Shown one piece after another: positions 8,311 to 16,303 of a stretch of DNA of 32,000 bases. The notes beneath the pieces are model-generated. The model saw only the letters and a list, made by a program, of their open reading frames with translations, was not told where the DNA came from and ran no database searches. The DNA lies in contig NC_003902.1 in the NCBI RefSeq assembly GCF_000007145.1, positions 1,537,436-1,569,435 on the forward strand, read 5' to 3'. This DNA comes from Xanthomonas campestris pv. campestris str. ATCC 33913 (GTDB lineage: Bacteria; Pseudomonadota; Gammaproteobacteria; Xanthomonadales; Xanthomonadaceae). Made by a program: the position numbers and the translations under genes. Numbering within the stretch: the first letter of the stretch is position 1; each line of letters starts with the position of its first letter.

Positions 8311-9093
8311 TCAGGACGAAGGGGGAAGCGGGAAAAATGCGCTGGTGCTGCGTTGATACTGGGCGTAGTCCTCGCCACGCGAGCGCAGTGCCTGCTGCTC
8401 GGTATAGGGGATGCCGGTAAAGCGATACAGGAACACGAACATCACCACCGGGCCCAGCGCACACAGCGCCAGCAGCCACGGCCCCGCACCGACCGCCAGG
8501 GCCAGGTACGCAAACCAATGCACGAATTCGAAGAAGTAATTGGGATGCCGCGAATAGCGCCAGAGCCCGGTGCGACACGTCTTGCCGCGGTTGGCCGGGT
8601 TGGCCTTGTGCGCAGACAACTGCCGGTCGGCCAGCGCCTCGCCGCCGACGGCGATCAACCACACCACAATCGCCAGGCTGCTCCACACGCTCCATGCCGG
8701 GTTCGGGTTGCTGGCCGCGGCTAGGAACGGCACCGAGAACAGCACCACCACCATCGCCTGGGCCAGGAAAAAGCCCAGGAACTTGCGCTGATCGCCGTTC
8801 CAGTGCTCACGCAGGGCGCGGTAGCGGCCATCCTCGTGGGGGTCGCCGAACACGCGCACGCCCAGGTGCCAGGCAAGCCGTGCGCCCCACACGCCGCCGA
8901 GCACCGCCACCAGCACGCGTGGCAGCAGCGCACCCTCGGACATCCACGCGCAGTAAGGCGCAGCAACCGCCAGGCAGCCTGCCCATAACACGTCCACCGG
9001 GCCGGCGTTGCCACTGCGGCGTTGCCACAGCCAACCCAACACCATCACCACGGCGGCGAACACGCCGACATGCAGCAGCGGCCAGACAGTCAT
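8311..9093 (-). CDS. DUF1295 / steroid-5-alpha-reductase-like membrane protein
   Basis: 260-aa polytopic ORF with the C-terminal signature GLWRYSRHPNYFFEFVHWFAY, typical of the DUF1295/ICMT-like superfamily. Its ATG overlaps the upstream stop codon (ATGA at 9090-9093). Confidence 0.8.
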   Translation of the reverse strand: MTVWPLLHVGVFAAVVMVLGWLWQRRSGNAGPVDVLWAGCLAVAAPYCAWMSEGALLPRVLVAVLGGVWGARLAWHLGVRVFGDPHEDGRYRALREHWNGDQRKFLGFFLAQAMVVVLFSVPFLAAASNPNPAWSVWSSLAIVVWLIAVGGEALADRQLSAHKANPANRGKTCRTGLWRYSRHPNYFFEFVHWFAYLALAVGAGPWLLALCALGPVVMFVFLYRFTGIPYTEQQALRSRGEDYAQYQRSTSAFFPLPPSS

Positions 9094-9635
9094 TGCGGGT
9101 CTCCAGTGATGGGCTCAAACGCGGGGCGTGCCAGGCGCCGGGCATACAGCGAGAGCAGGCCGCAGGCCGCGCCCCAGCCAATCGCCAGCGCCAGCACCGC
9201 ACTGCGCTGCGGTGCCAGCAATTCGATGGCCTGCCAGCTGCGCTCGGCCAGCCAGTACGACAGCGGCCCGAAGACCGCGCCCAGCACAACCGCCAGCCAC
9301 GGGCGCTGCATCACCGTTGCCAGTGAATGATTGAGCGTGAGCGCAAATCCCAGCCAGAGCGCCAGGATCCACGCCGGCGCGAGCACGCTGCCCGGCCACG
9401 GCGCGGCGTAGCGCACCCAGTCGCCTGCGGCCAGTGTGGTGTCCAGCAACAGCCCCAGTGCGACGGCGGCCAGCAGCAACTGCCAGTCGCCGCGCGCGCG
9501 CCGCGTGGGCCACAGTTGGTAGAGCGCAAACAGCGCCAACGCCAGCAGCGTGGGCCACACGCGCCCACGCGCGGCTGAGCTGACCGCCACCAGCCACAGC
9601 ACCTGCAAGCCGACGTAGTTGCCCAGCTGCTTCAT
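9090..9635 (-). CDS. Small polytopic membrane protein, resembles DUF2878
   Basis: This is the C-terminal 181 aa of the 523-aa track ORF, beginning at ATG 9635..9633 (MKQLGNYVGLQVLWLVAV). It has about 5 hydrophobic helices. Both ends overlap neighbouring genes by ATGA (9632-9635 and 9090-9093). Family name is from memory of similar cfa clusters. Confidence 0.6.
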   Translation of the reverse strand: MKQLGNYVGLQVLWLVAVSSAARGRVWPTLLALALFALYQLWPTRRARGDWQLLLAAVALGLLLDTTLAAGDWVRYAAPWPGSVLAPAWILALWLGFALTLNHSLATVMQRPWLAVVLGAVFGPLSYWLAERSWQAIELLAPQRSAVLALAIGWGAACGLLSLYARRLARPAFEPITGDPQ

Positions 9636-10927
9636 GCGGCGCTGCTCAACCCGGGCACGAACTGCGGCGGACGTGCGCCCGGCTTGCTCAACCACAGATG
9701 CACATCGCCGATCGAGCGTTCCAGGAAACCGGCTTCGCAATAGGCCAGATAAAATTCCCACATGCGGATGAAGCGCTCGTCGTAGCCCAGTGCGCGCACC
9801 TGCGGCAGTTGCGCCATGAAGCGCTGCCGCCACGCACGCAGGGTCAGTGCATAGCTGGGGCCGATGTCTTCCAGATTGAACAGGCGCAGATCGCTGGCGC
9901 GGCCGATGGCGCCGGTCATCGCCGCCACCGAGGGAATGAAGCTGCCCGGGAAGATGTGCCGCTTGATGAAGTCCACCGAGCGCAACGCCTGCGCATAGCG
10001 ATGGTCTTCGATGGTGATCGCCTGGATCAGCGCCTCGCCCTCGTCGGTCAGCAGGCTGCCGACCTTGGCGAAGTAGGTGTCCAGGTATTGGTGCCCGATG
10101 GCCTCGATCATCTCGATCGACACCACGCGGTCGTAGTGGCCTTCCAGGTCGCGGTAGTCGCGCAGCAGCACCGTCACGCGCTCGCTCAAGCCGGCTGCAG
10201 CGATGCGCTGGGTGGCCAGTTCGAACTGTTCGCGCGAGATGGTCGTGGTGGTGACGCGGCAGCCATGTTCGCGTGCGGCATGCAGTGCAAACCCGCCCCA
10301 GCCGGTGCCGATTTCCACCACATGGTGCTGCGGGCCAAGGCGCAGTTTTTCGCAGATGCGTTCCAGCTTGCGGGTGGCTGCGCGCTCTAGCGCCGCCTCG
10401 CCCTGCGCTTCTTCGCCGTCGACGAAGATGGCCGAGGAGTACATCAGGTTGGCATCCAGGAACAACCGGAACAGCGGGTTGCCCAGGTCGTAATGCGCCG
10501 CGATGTTGCGCCGGCTGCCGCTGCGCGTATTGCGTGCCAGCGTATGCAGGCTGCGCATGGCCCAGCCGCCCAGGCGGGCGGTGCCGGTCTCCATCGCGTC
10601 CAGTCGGTCGCGGTTGCGCAGCAGCAGGCGCATCAGCGTCACCAGATCGTCGCACTGCCAATCGCCATCCATGTAGGCCTCGCCGGCGCCGACACTGCCG
10701 TTGAGCGCGGCCTGCCGATAGAAGCGCGGGTCGGTCACCCGCAACTGGGTCTGCAGCGCCTGCGTGCCGCTGGCATTGCCGAGGGTGGTGACGCGATCGG
10801 CTTCATGCAGCTGCAGCTGCCCATCGCGCAGGTCGCCCAGTGTGGCCAGCAGCCGCTTGCGCAACAGACGATCGGTCCACGAGGCCGCGCGCGGCGCGGC
10901 AGTGTCGGGCAGGGAGGTGGCACTCAT
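9632..10927 (-). CDS. cfa: Cyclopropane-fatty-acyl-phospholipid synthase family methyltransferase
   Basis: ATG at 10927..10925 (MSATSLPDTAAP...) gives 431 aa. SAM motif VVEIGTGWGGFALHAAREHG is present. Other matches are NIAAHYDLGNPLFRLFLD, DRVVSIEMIEAIG and WEFYLAYCEAGF, all classic for CFA synthases. The start overlaps the DUF1365 stop (ATGA at 10924-10927). Confidence 0.9.
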   Translation of the reverse strand: MSATSLPDTAAPRAASWTDRLLRKRLLATLGDLRDGQLQLHEADRVTTLGNASGTQALQTQLRVTDPRFYRQAALNGSVGAGEAYMDGDWQCDDLVTLMRLLLRNRDRLDAMETGTARLGGWAMRSLHTLARNTRSGSRRNIAAHYDLGNPLFRLFLDANLMYSSAIFVDGEEAQGEAALERAATRKLERICEKLRLGPQHHVVEIGTGWGGFALHAAREHGCRVTTTTISREQFELATQRIAAAGLSERVTVLLRDYRDLEGHYDRVVSIEMIEAIGHQYLDTYFAKVGSLLTDEGEALIQAITIEDHRYAQALRSVDFIKRHIFPGSFIPSVAAMTGAIGRASDLRLFNLEDIGPSYALTLRAWRQRFMAQLPQVRALGYDERFIRMWEFYLAYCEAGFLERSIGDVHLWLSKPGARPPQFVPGLSSAA

Positions 10928-11805
10928 GAGCGTTCTCGCACAGGCGGAGTGGGGTGATCGTGGACGGGGTTGCCGCGCAGCCACAGGCGCAGTGCCTGCC
11001 AATGGATGGCCAGCACCACCTGCACGGTCATCAAGGGGTAGCCAAGCAGCGTGCGCGCCAGCGTGCCTGCGGTCAGCGGCTGGCGCTGCAGCACCAGCGT
11101 GGCGTCGAAGCGGCGCGCCTGCTGCGCAGGGGGTTGCGGCGTGGCGTCGATGGCATCCAGCACATCCATGTGCACGCGCAGGTGTTCGGTGGGCACGCTG
11201 AAGCGCCAGTCGTAGTGGTGCTGCATGCCCATGAACGGCGACACGTGGAAGCGTTTATCGAAGCGCCAGGCATGCACATCCCGATGGCTGCGCGCCTGCG
11301 CCACCGGCAGCACATAGGTGTGGCGCTGCTGCCAGGGCGTGTTGGTGATTTCGGCCACAATCCAGCGCAGCCCGTCGTGGCGGTCGAAGCAGTAGTAGAA
11401 GCTGACCGGATTGAATACATGGCCGAAGTAACGCAGGTGCGTGAGCAGGCGGATCGCACCGTCCGGGCGGTCGCCGGTGTGGGCCTGCACGCAGTCGCGC
11501 ACGGCCTGGTCCAGCGGCACCTGCGGGTCGCCCAGGTAGTCGCTGCGGCGGAACTGCGCCAGATTCGCGCGGCCCACCGACCACAGCCAGCGGCGCGCAA
11601 AGACGTGCTCCAGCTCGGCCAGATCCAGATACATCAGGAACAGGCGGTAGCGGAATTGCAGCGGCTTGGGGGCGTAGCGGCGGTGCCGCACCCAGCCGGT
11701 ATAGATGGCGCTGCGCAACGGGCCGTGCAGCCGTCCGGTACCACCGCCCTCGGTGGGCGGCAGTGGAACGGCATCGGTGATCGCTTCGCGCAGCAGCTGG
11801 GTCAC
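10924..11805 (-). CDS. DUF1365 family protein
   Basis: SAIYTGWVRHRRYAPKPLQFRYRLFLMYLDLAEL and THLRYFGHVFNPVSFYYCF are characteristic DUF1365 blocks. There is no in-frame ATG near the N-terminus. A GTG at 11805..11803 overlaps the upstream TGA (GTGA), and a second GTG lies at 11808. Start confidence is low but gene confidence is high. Confidence 0.8.
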   Translation of the reverse strand: MTQLLREAITDAVPLPPTEGGGTGRLHGPLRSAIYTGWVRHRRYAPKPLQFRYRLFLMYLDLAELEHVFARRWLWSVGRANLAQFRRSDYLGDPQVPLDQAVRDCVQAHTGDRPDGAIRLLTHLRYFGHVFNPVSFYYCFDRHDGLRWIVAEITNTPWQQRHTYVLPVAQARSHRDVHAWRFDKRFHVSPFMGMQHHYDWRFSVPTEHLRVHMDVLDAIDATPQPPAQQARRFDATLVLQRQPLTAGTLARTLLGYPLMTVQVVLAIHWQALRLWLRGNPVHDHPTPPVRERS

Positions 11806-13052
11806 CACGGCACTCCCAGTGCATGCGCCACGTCCACGCCGCTGCGCAGGCCATCTTCGTGGAAGCCGAAGCCCCACGCCGCGCCGGCAAACCAGGTGTG
11901 CCGCTGGCCCTGGATCTGCGCCTTGCGCGCCTGCGCATCGAGTGCGGCGGCGTTCTGCACCGGGTGGCGGTAGCGCATGCGGCGCAGCACTTTCTCCGGT
12001 GCGATGTCCTGGTCGCGATTGAGGCTGACGATGAACGGCTGCGGTGCGTTGATCGACTGCAGCGCGTTCATCCAGTAGCTCACCGTGCACGGCGCCTGCG
12101 GGTCGGCCGGCACATGCGCATTCCAGGCCGCCCAGGCGCGGCGGTCGCGCGGCAGCACGCTGGCATCGGTGTGCAGCACGGTGTCGTTGTTCTGGTAGGT
12201 GATGGCGCCCAGGATCTGCTGCTCGGCAGGCGTGGCATCGCTGAGCAAGGCCAATGCATCGTCGGCATGGCAGGCGAGTACCACCTCGTCGAAATGCTCG
12301 TCGCCGCGCAACGAGGTCACGACCACGCCGTTGCCAGCCCGGCGGACGGCGTGCACCGGCGTGGACAGGCGTTCCTGCACCTGCCAACGCCGCCGCAACG
12401 CGCGCACATAGCTCGACGAACCACCGCGCACCACCTGCCACTGCGGCCGTCCGCTGATCTGCAGCATGTGGTGATTGGCCATGAAGCCGATCAACTGGCC
12501 CATCGGAAATTCGAGAATGCGTTGCGAGGGCGAGGACCACAGCGCCGAGGCCATCGGCACCAGGTGCTGGTCGCGAAAGGTGTCCGAATAGCCGTGCCGG
12601 TGCAGGTACTCGCCCAACGTGCTGAAACGCTCGTCGCTGGTCAGTACCGCAGGCGCCTGCCGGTAAAAACGCCGCAGATTGGCCAGCATGCCCCAGAAGC
12701 GTGGGCTGAGCAGGTTGCGGCGCTGGCAGAACAGCCCTCCGAGCGAGCCGGCGTTGTATTCGAGCCCGCTGCGCGCGTCGTGCACCGAAAAACTCATGGT
12801 GGTGGACTGCGACGCCACGTCGATTTCGGCAAACAACCGGGTGAGTAAGGGGTAGTGCTGCGGGTTGAACACGATGAAGCCGCTGTCCACCGCGTAACGC
12901 TGGCCCTCCAGCTGGATGTCATGCGTGTGCGTGTGGCCGCCGAGATAATCGGCGGCCTCGAACAGCGTCACTTCGTAACGCCGCGACAGCAGCCATGCGG
13001 CGCCCAGGCCAGCGATTCCACTGCCGACCACCGCGATCCTGCCACCGCTCAT
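11802..13052 (-). CDS. FAD-dependent amine-oxidase/phytoene-desaturase-like oxidoreductase
   Basis: ATG at 13052..13050 (MSGGRIAVVGSGIAGLGAAWLL) gives a Rossmann GxGxxG dinucleotide-binding N-terminus and 416 aa. The start overlaps the desaturase stop (ATGA at 13049-13052). The rest of the 591-aa track ORF is read-through. Confidence 0.85.
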   Translation of the reverse strand: MSGGRIAVVGSGIAGLGAAWLLSRRYEVTLFEAADYLGGHTHTHDIQLEGQRYAVDSGFIVFNPQHYPLLTRLFAEIDVASQSTTMSFSVHDARSGLEYNAGSLGGLFCQRRNLLSPRFWGMLANLRRFYRQAPAVLTSDERFSTLGEYLHRHGYSDTFRDQHLVPMASALWSSPSQRILEFPMGQLIGFMANHHMLQISGRPQWQVVRGGSSSYVRALRRRWQVQERLSTPVHAVRRAGNGVVVTSLRGDEHFDEVVLACHADDALALLSDATPAEQQILGAITYQNNDTVLHTDASVLPRDRRAWAAWNAHVPADPQAPCTVSYWMNALQSINAPQPFIVSLNRDQDIAPEKVLRRMRYRHPVQNAAALDAQARKAQIQGQRHTWFAGAAWGFGFHEDGLRSGVDVAHALGVPW

Positions 13053-14050
13053 CGCGCCACCCGTCCGGCGCGTCGCGTCAGCATGGCGGGCATCGGTTTG
13101 AGATCCCACACCAGGCCCACCCACGACATCACCGTGAGCCCGTACCAGGTCATGTCGTATTCCCACCAACGCACGCCCTGGCGCGCCGAGCCGGGAAAGA
13201 AATGATGGTTGTTGTGCCAGCCCTCGCCGAAGGTGAGCAGCGCCAGCAACCAGTTGTTGCGGCTGTCGTCGCGGGTGTCGAAGCGCCGGCTGCCGAAGCG
13301 GTGCGCCAGCGAATTGATGGTGAAGGTGGCATGGAACAACGCCACCGTGGACAGCACGAAGCCCCACACCAGCAACTGCGCGCCACTGGTGTGCAGGCCA
13401 GGCGCTGCAGCCGCCAGCCAGTCGCCCAGCAGGTACAGGCCCAGTGCCAGCAGCACCGGCATCACGATGTCGAAGCGGTCCAGAAATCGCAGCTCGGTGA
13501 AGCGGCGCAGATCCGGAATCACTTCCCAATCGGTGCGGAAATTGCGCGGGGTCAGGAACCAGCCGGTATGGCTCCACCAGAAGCCGTGCTGTGCCGGCGA
13601 ATGCGGGTCACGGCCGGTGTCGGTATGCCGGTGATGGTTGCGATGGTGTGCGGCCCACCACAGCGGCCCACGTTGCACGCAGGTGGCGGCGATCGCGGCG
13701 AACACGAACTGCACCACGCGCGAGGTCTTGAATGCGCGGTGCGAGAAATAGCGGTGATAGAACCCGGTCAGCGCGAACATGCGCAGCGCGTACAGCGCCA
13801 CGGCCATGCTCACTGCGAACCACGACACACCGACCCAGAACACCGCAAAGCAGGCCAGGTGCAAGGCGATGAACGGCAGCGCACGCAGCCAGTCGATGCG
13901 GTCCGCGCGGGCTTCGTCCAGCGGTTCGTCGGTTTGCGAATCCACCCAGCGACGCAGGCTGCCGAACCGCCGGGCCTTGCCCGCGCGCTGTGGCGGGGTG
14001 GCGGGGTGGGGCGTGGGTGCGACGCGGGGGTCGAGTCCAGAGCTCGGCAC
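13049..14050 (-). CDS. Membrane fatty-acid (acyl-CoA/acyl-lipid delta-9 type) desaturase
   Basis: Three histidine boxes are present: HRYFSH, HHRNHHRH and HNNHH, with hydrophobic segments between them. The track start at 14098 is a TTG. I prefer GTG 14050..14048 because GGAGAA sits 6 nt upstream, giving 333 aa. The start is uncertain within about 50 nt. Confidence 0.85.
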   Translation of the reverse strand: MPSSGLDPRVAPTPHPATPPQRAGKARRFGSLRRWVDSQTDEPLDEARADRIDWLRALPFIALHLACFAVFWVGVSWFAVSMAVALYALRMFALTGFYHRYFSHRAFKTSRVVQFVFAAIAATCVQRGPLWWAAHHRNHHRHTDTGRDPHSPAQHGFWWSHTGWFLTPRNFRTDWEVIPDLRRFTELRFLDRFDIVMPVLLALGLYLLGDWLAAAAPGLHTSGAQLLVWGFVLSTVALFHATFTINSLAHRFGSRRFDTRDDSRNNWLLALLTFGEGWHNNHHFFPGSARQGVRWWEYDMTWYGLTVMSWVGLVWDLKPMPAMLTRRAGRVAR

Positions 14051-14078
14051 GCATGGTTCTCCGTGGTGGATGGGACCC

Positions 14079-14107
14079 TTTACGGATGCTGCCGACAAAC
14101 AGATGCA
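14079..14107 (-). promoter_or_regulatory. Candidate ECF-type promoter P1 of the lipid-modification operon (TGCATC-N17-CGTAAA)
   Basis: The minus strand reads gTGCATC tgtttgtcggcagcatc CGTAAA. The -10-like element ends 28 nt upstream of GTG 14050. The same GCATC-N17-CGTA core recurs at 17123-17150 with the same geometry. Confidence 0.45.
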
Positions 14108-14181
14108 CCAGTCCGCTTGATCGTCGCACGCATCCGGCGTCTACGGTTGGGAACGCAAGCGATTCGCGTGGCGGCGCACAC

Positions 14182-14212
14182 AAAAACATCCGCGCAAAGC
14201 GCGTGCGCGCGG
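14182..14212 (-). terminator. Rho-independent-terminator-like hairpin with a T5 run, downstream of the anti-sigma gene
   Basis: The minus strand reads CCGCGC gcacgcgcttt GCGCGG atg TTTTT gtgtg. This is a GC-only 6-bp stem (an alternative is CGCGC-ttt-GCGCG) followed by a T-run that is rare in this GC-rich DNA. It lies between the sigma/anti-sigma unit and promoter P1. Confidence 0.45.
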
Positions 14213-14367
14213 ACGAGTCTGCTTTGCCAGAAGAAGAAAACGGCTGCACGGCTGCGCGGCAGGCGCTGACGGTGCGCAGGTGCAGCAGCTCGCTCGAACG
14301 ATGCCGTGCGTGCGCATGGTCCGTGCTGCTGGACGACGGCGCGCGAGGTGTTTGCCAATGACGCTGC

Positions 14368-14395
14368 CAGCGGCATCCTTTGACGGATGCCGCTG
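14368..14395 (-). other. Perfect 11-bp stem-loop 11 nt downstream of the anti-sigma stop codon
   Basis: CAGCGGCATCC (14368-14378), loop tttgac, GGATGCCGCTG (14385-14395). No U-tract follows on the minus strand. It could be a terminator, an RNA-stability element or a processing element. Confidence 0.35.
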
Positions 14396-14406
14396 CACTC
14401 AGGCGA

Positions 14407-15246
14407 TCAAGGCGCCATGGCCAACGTGCTGATGCCGCCCTTGGCCACCACGGTGCCGGTGGCCACGCCGCCCGGCGCACCACCCGGTGGTTCCAGGGTG
14501 ACGGCCAGGATCGCCTCGTTGCTGAGCATCGGCATCAACGGCGCCGGGATCGACGCGCGCCGCGCACGCTGGTCGTCGAACACGCCCATCGAGTGCGCCT
14601 TGCCATCGGGGGTGATCAGCCACAGTTCCGGCACCTTGCCGGCGGTGGCGGTGCGATCCAGCGGCGTCACGGTGATGACCTGCTTGTCGGCATCCATCAA
14701 CGCCACATAGCCTGGGCGCCCATCGGCGGTGGCCAGTGTGGAGGTCATCGCAATGCCGGTTGCCGGTGGCTTGGCCGGCGGTGTCTGCACGATCGGCGTG
14801 TTCTGCACCGGGCCAGATGGCGGCGCGGTCGGCGGGGCGCGCACGCTCAGCAAGGCCAGCACGCAGACCGCTGCAGTGGCCAGGCCACCGGCACTGGCCC
14901 AGCGCCAGAAGCGCACGCTGTTCCATAGCGGAACCGCCGCCGGTGGCGCCGGGCTCTGCACGCCGGATGCGGGCACCGCATGCAACGGTGTATCGAAGCC
15001 CAGTGCCTGGCGCACACGCGTCCAGACCTGGTCGGCCGGTGTCACCGCGGCGATTTCTTCCAGCAGCGGCGCCAGATGTTCTTGCCATTGCGCCACTGCC
15101 TGCGCGAACTGCGCATCGGTGGCGATGCGCTGCTCCACGGCCAGACGGTCGTCGGCGCTGAGCAGGCCCAGCACATACTCGCCGGCCAGCACGTCGCGGG
15201 GTGGTTCCTGGTCGATGGGGAAGGGCGTGCTCATCGTTCCAGACAT
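14407..15246 (-). CDS. Anti-sigma factor, RskA (anti-sigma-K) type, single-pass membrane protein
   Basis: N-terminal anti-sigma domain (LAGEYVLGLLSADDRLAVEQRIATDAQFAQAVAQWQEHL) without an HxxxCxxC zinc motif. One TM helix (WRWASAGGLATAAVCVLALLSV) follows. The C-terminal RskA-like domain has PELWLITPDGKAHSMGVF and ILAVTLEPPGG. Two candidate ATGs exist: 15246, and 15234 which overlaps the sigma stop (ATGA at 15231-15234). Confidence 0.8.
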   Translation of the reverse strand: MSGTMSTPFPIDQEPPRDVLAGEYVLGLLSADDRLAVEQRIATDAQFAQAVAQWQEHLAPLLEEIAAVTPADQVWTRVRQALGFDTPLHAVPASGVQSPAPPAAVPLWNSVRFWRWASAGGLATAAVCVLALLSVRAPPTAPPSGPVQNTPIVQTPPAKPPATGIAMTSTLATADGRPGYVALMDADKQVITVTPLDRTATAGKVPELWLITPDGKAHSMGVFDDQRARRASIPAPLMPMLSNEAILAVTLEPPGGAPGGVATGTVVAKGGISTLAMAP

Positions 15247-15794
15247 GCCTTGAGTTTGGCCAGACCCCGGCGGATCCAGCTTTTGACCGTGCCAATCGGC
15301 GTATCGGTGCGCTCGGCCAGTTCTTCGTAGGTGATGCCTTCGAAGAACGCGGTGCGGATCAGCTCGCTGCGCGGCGGTTCCAGTTCGGCCAGGCAGTGAT
15401 CGATGCGGCGGCGCGTGGTGAGGCGTTCGGCGCGCTCCAACGGCGAGGCATCGGCCGAGCGCAGTTCGCCGGCATCGTCCAACGCCACGTTACGGCGCTG
15501 CGGCGCGGTGGCGCGCAGATGGTCGATGGCCTTGTTGCGCGCAATCATCGCCAGCCAGGTCAGCCCGCGCGCACGGCTCGGGTCGAACTGCCCGGCCTTG
15601 TGCCAGATCAGCGTAAACACGTCCTGCAGCACTTCTTCGGCTTCGGCGCGCTGCGGGATCATGCGCAGGCATACCCCGAACAGCTTGGGCGAGGTTTGCC
15701 GGTACAACGCTTCGAAGGCGTGGCGGTCGCCGCCCGCCGTTGCGGTGAGCAGGCGTCCGGTCTCATCGTCGTCGTGGCCAGGAATGGCACTCAT
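15231..15794 (-). CDS. ECF (group IV) sigma-70 family RNA polymerase sigma factor
   Basis: ATG at 15794..15792 (MSAIPGHDDDETGRLL) gives 187 aa. Region 2 is DVFTLIWHKAGQFDPSRARGLTWLAMIARNKAIDHLR and region 4 is ELIRTAFFEGITYEELAERTDTPIGTVKSWIRRGLAKLKACL. The remainder of the 362-aa track ORF is read-through into the upstream gene. Confidence 0.9.
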   Translation of the reverse strand: MSAIPGHDDDETGRLLTATAGGDRHAFEALYRQTSPKLFGVCLRMIPQRAEAEEVLQDVFTLIWHKAGQFDPSRARGLTWLAMIARNKAIDHLRATAPQRRNVALDDAGELRSADASPLERAERLTTRRRIDHCLAELEPPRSELIRTAFFEGITYEELAERTDTPIGTVKSWIRRGLAKLKACLER

Positions 15795-15852
15795 GCGGTC
15801 GGGCGTTGGCGGAGGTGGCGCCGATCGTACCGGACTGAGCCGAAAGAGTCTT

Positions 15853-16221
15853 TCATCGGTGCTTGAACCACAGCAGCACGGCGGCGAGCAGCAGCAGGAT
15901 TTCCACACCCGCCAGTGCCACCGTTGGCGCGGAGACCGGCCACAGGCGCGAGAGCGAGACGGTGCGGAACAGCACGATGGGCACGTAGAACGCCAGTGCG
16001 ACCAGCAGGCCGGTGCGCGGTTGATCGATCCAGGCGAAATAGCCGAACAGGAAGGCCATGCCCAACTGCAGCCCGCCATAGATGACCAGGTATTCGGACT
16101 GGCCAGCCGGCGACAGCTGCGTGTAGCCCACCGCCGTGGCGGTCTTGCTTGGCGAGAGGGTGCACCAGATCGCCAGGACGACATAGAGCACTGCGTTGAT
16201 CCAGAGATAGGCCTTGGCCAT
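15853..16221 (-). CDS. Small 4-TM membrane protein, resembles DUF4345
   Basis: ATG at 16221..16219 (MAKAYLWINAVLYVVLAIW) gives 122 aa with four hydrophobic helices. An AGGAG ribosome-binding site lies 8 nt upstream. It sits 58 nt upstream of the sigma gene on the same strand. Confidence 0.6.
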   Translation of the reverse strand: MAKAYLWINAVLYVVLAIWCTLSPSKTATAVGYTQLSPAGQSEYLVIYGGLQLGMAFLFGYFAWIDQPRTGLLVALAFYVPIVLFRTVSLSRLWPVSAPTVALAGVEILLLLAAVLLWFKHR

Positions 16222-16303
16222 GACGATGCTCCTGCAGGGGAAAGGGCTGCCCGGGCCGTTGTACGCAAGCGCGTGTGGGCGGGTGTGAAGAGCGCGGCGG
16301 TGC

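Noticed and set aside
14297-14322. GGACC-N17-CGTT, an ECF-consensus-like motif on the minus strand downstream of the anti-sigma gene
   Set aside because: It lies upstream of the terminator-like hairpin with the T5 run and more than 240 nt from the desaturase start. It has no counterpart upstream of the sigma unit. The GCATC-N17-CGTA pair is better positioned and is duplicated.
14141-14398. 85-aa (or 58-aa from the internal ATG) Cys/Arg-rich minus-strand ORF in the anti-sigma/desaturase spacer
   Set aside because: Third-position GC is only about 60%. There is no ribosome-binding site, and the frame runs through two hairpins and the T-runs. It is more likely non-coding.
15795-15852. Independent promoter for the sigma gene in the 58-nt gap after the 4-TM protein gene (TGAAAG-N17-CGGTAC)
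   Set aside because: It resembles neither the shared GCATC-N17-CGTA motif nor a sigma-70 consensus. No terminator separates the sigma gene from the upstream genes, so co-transcription from P2 is the simpler model. An internal promoter cannot be excluded.
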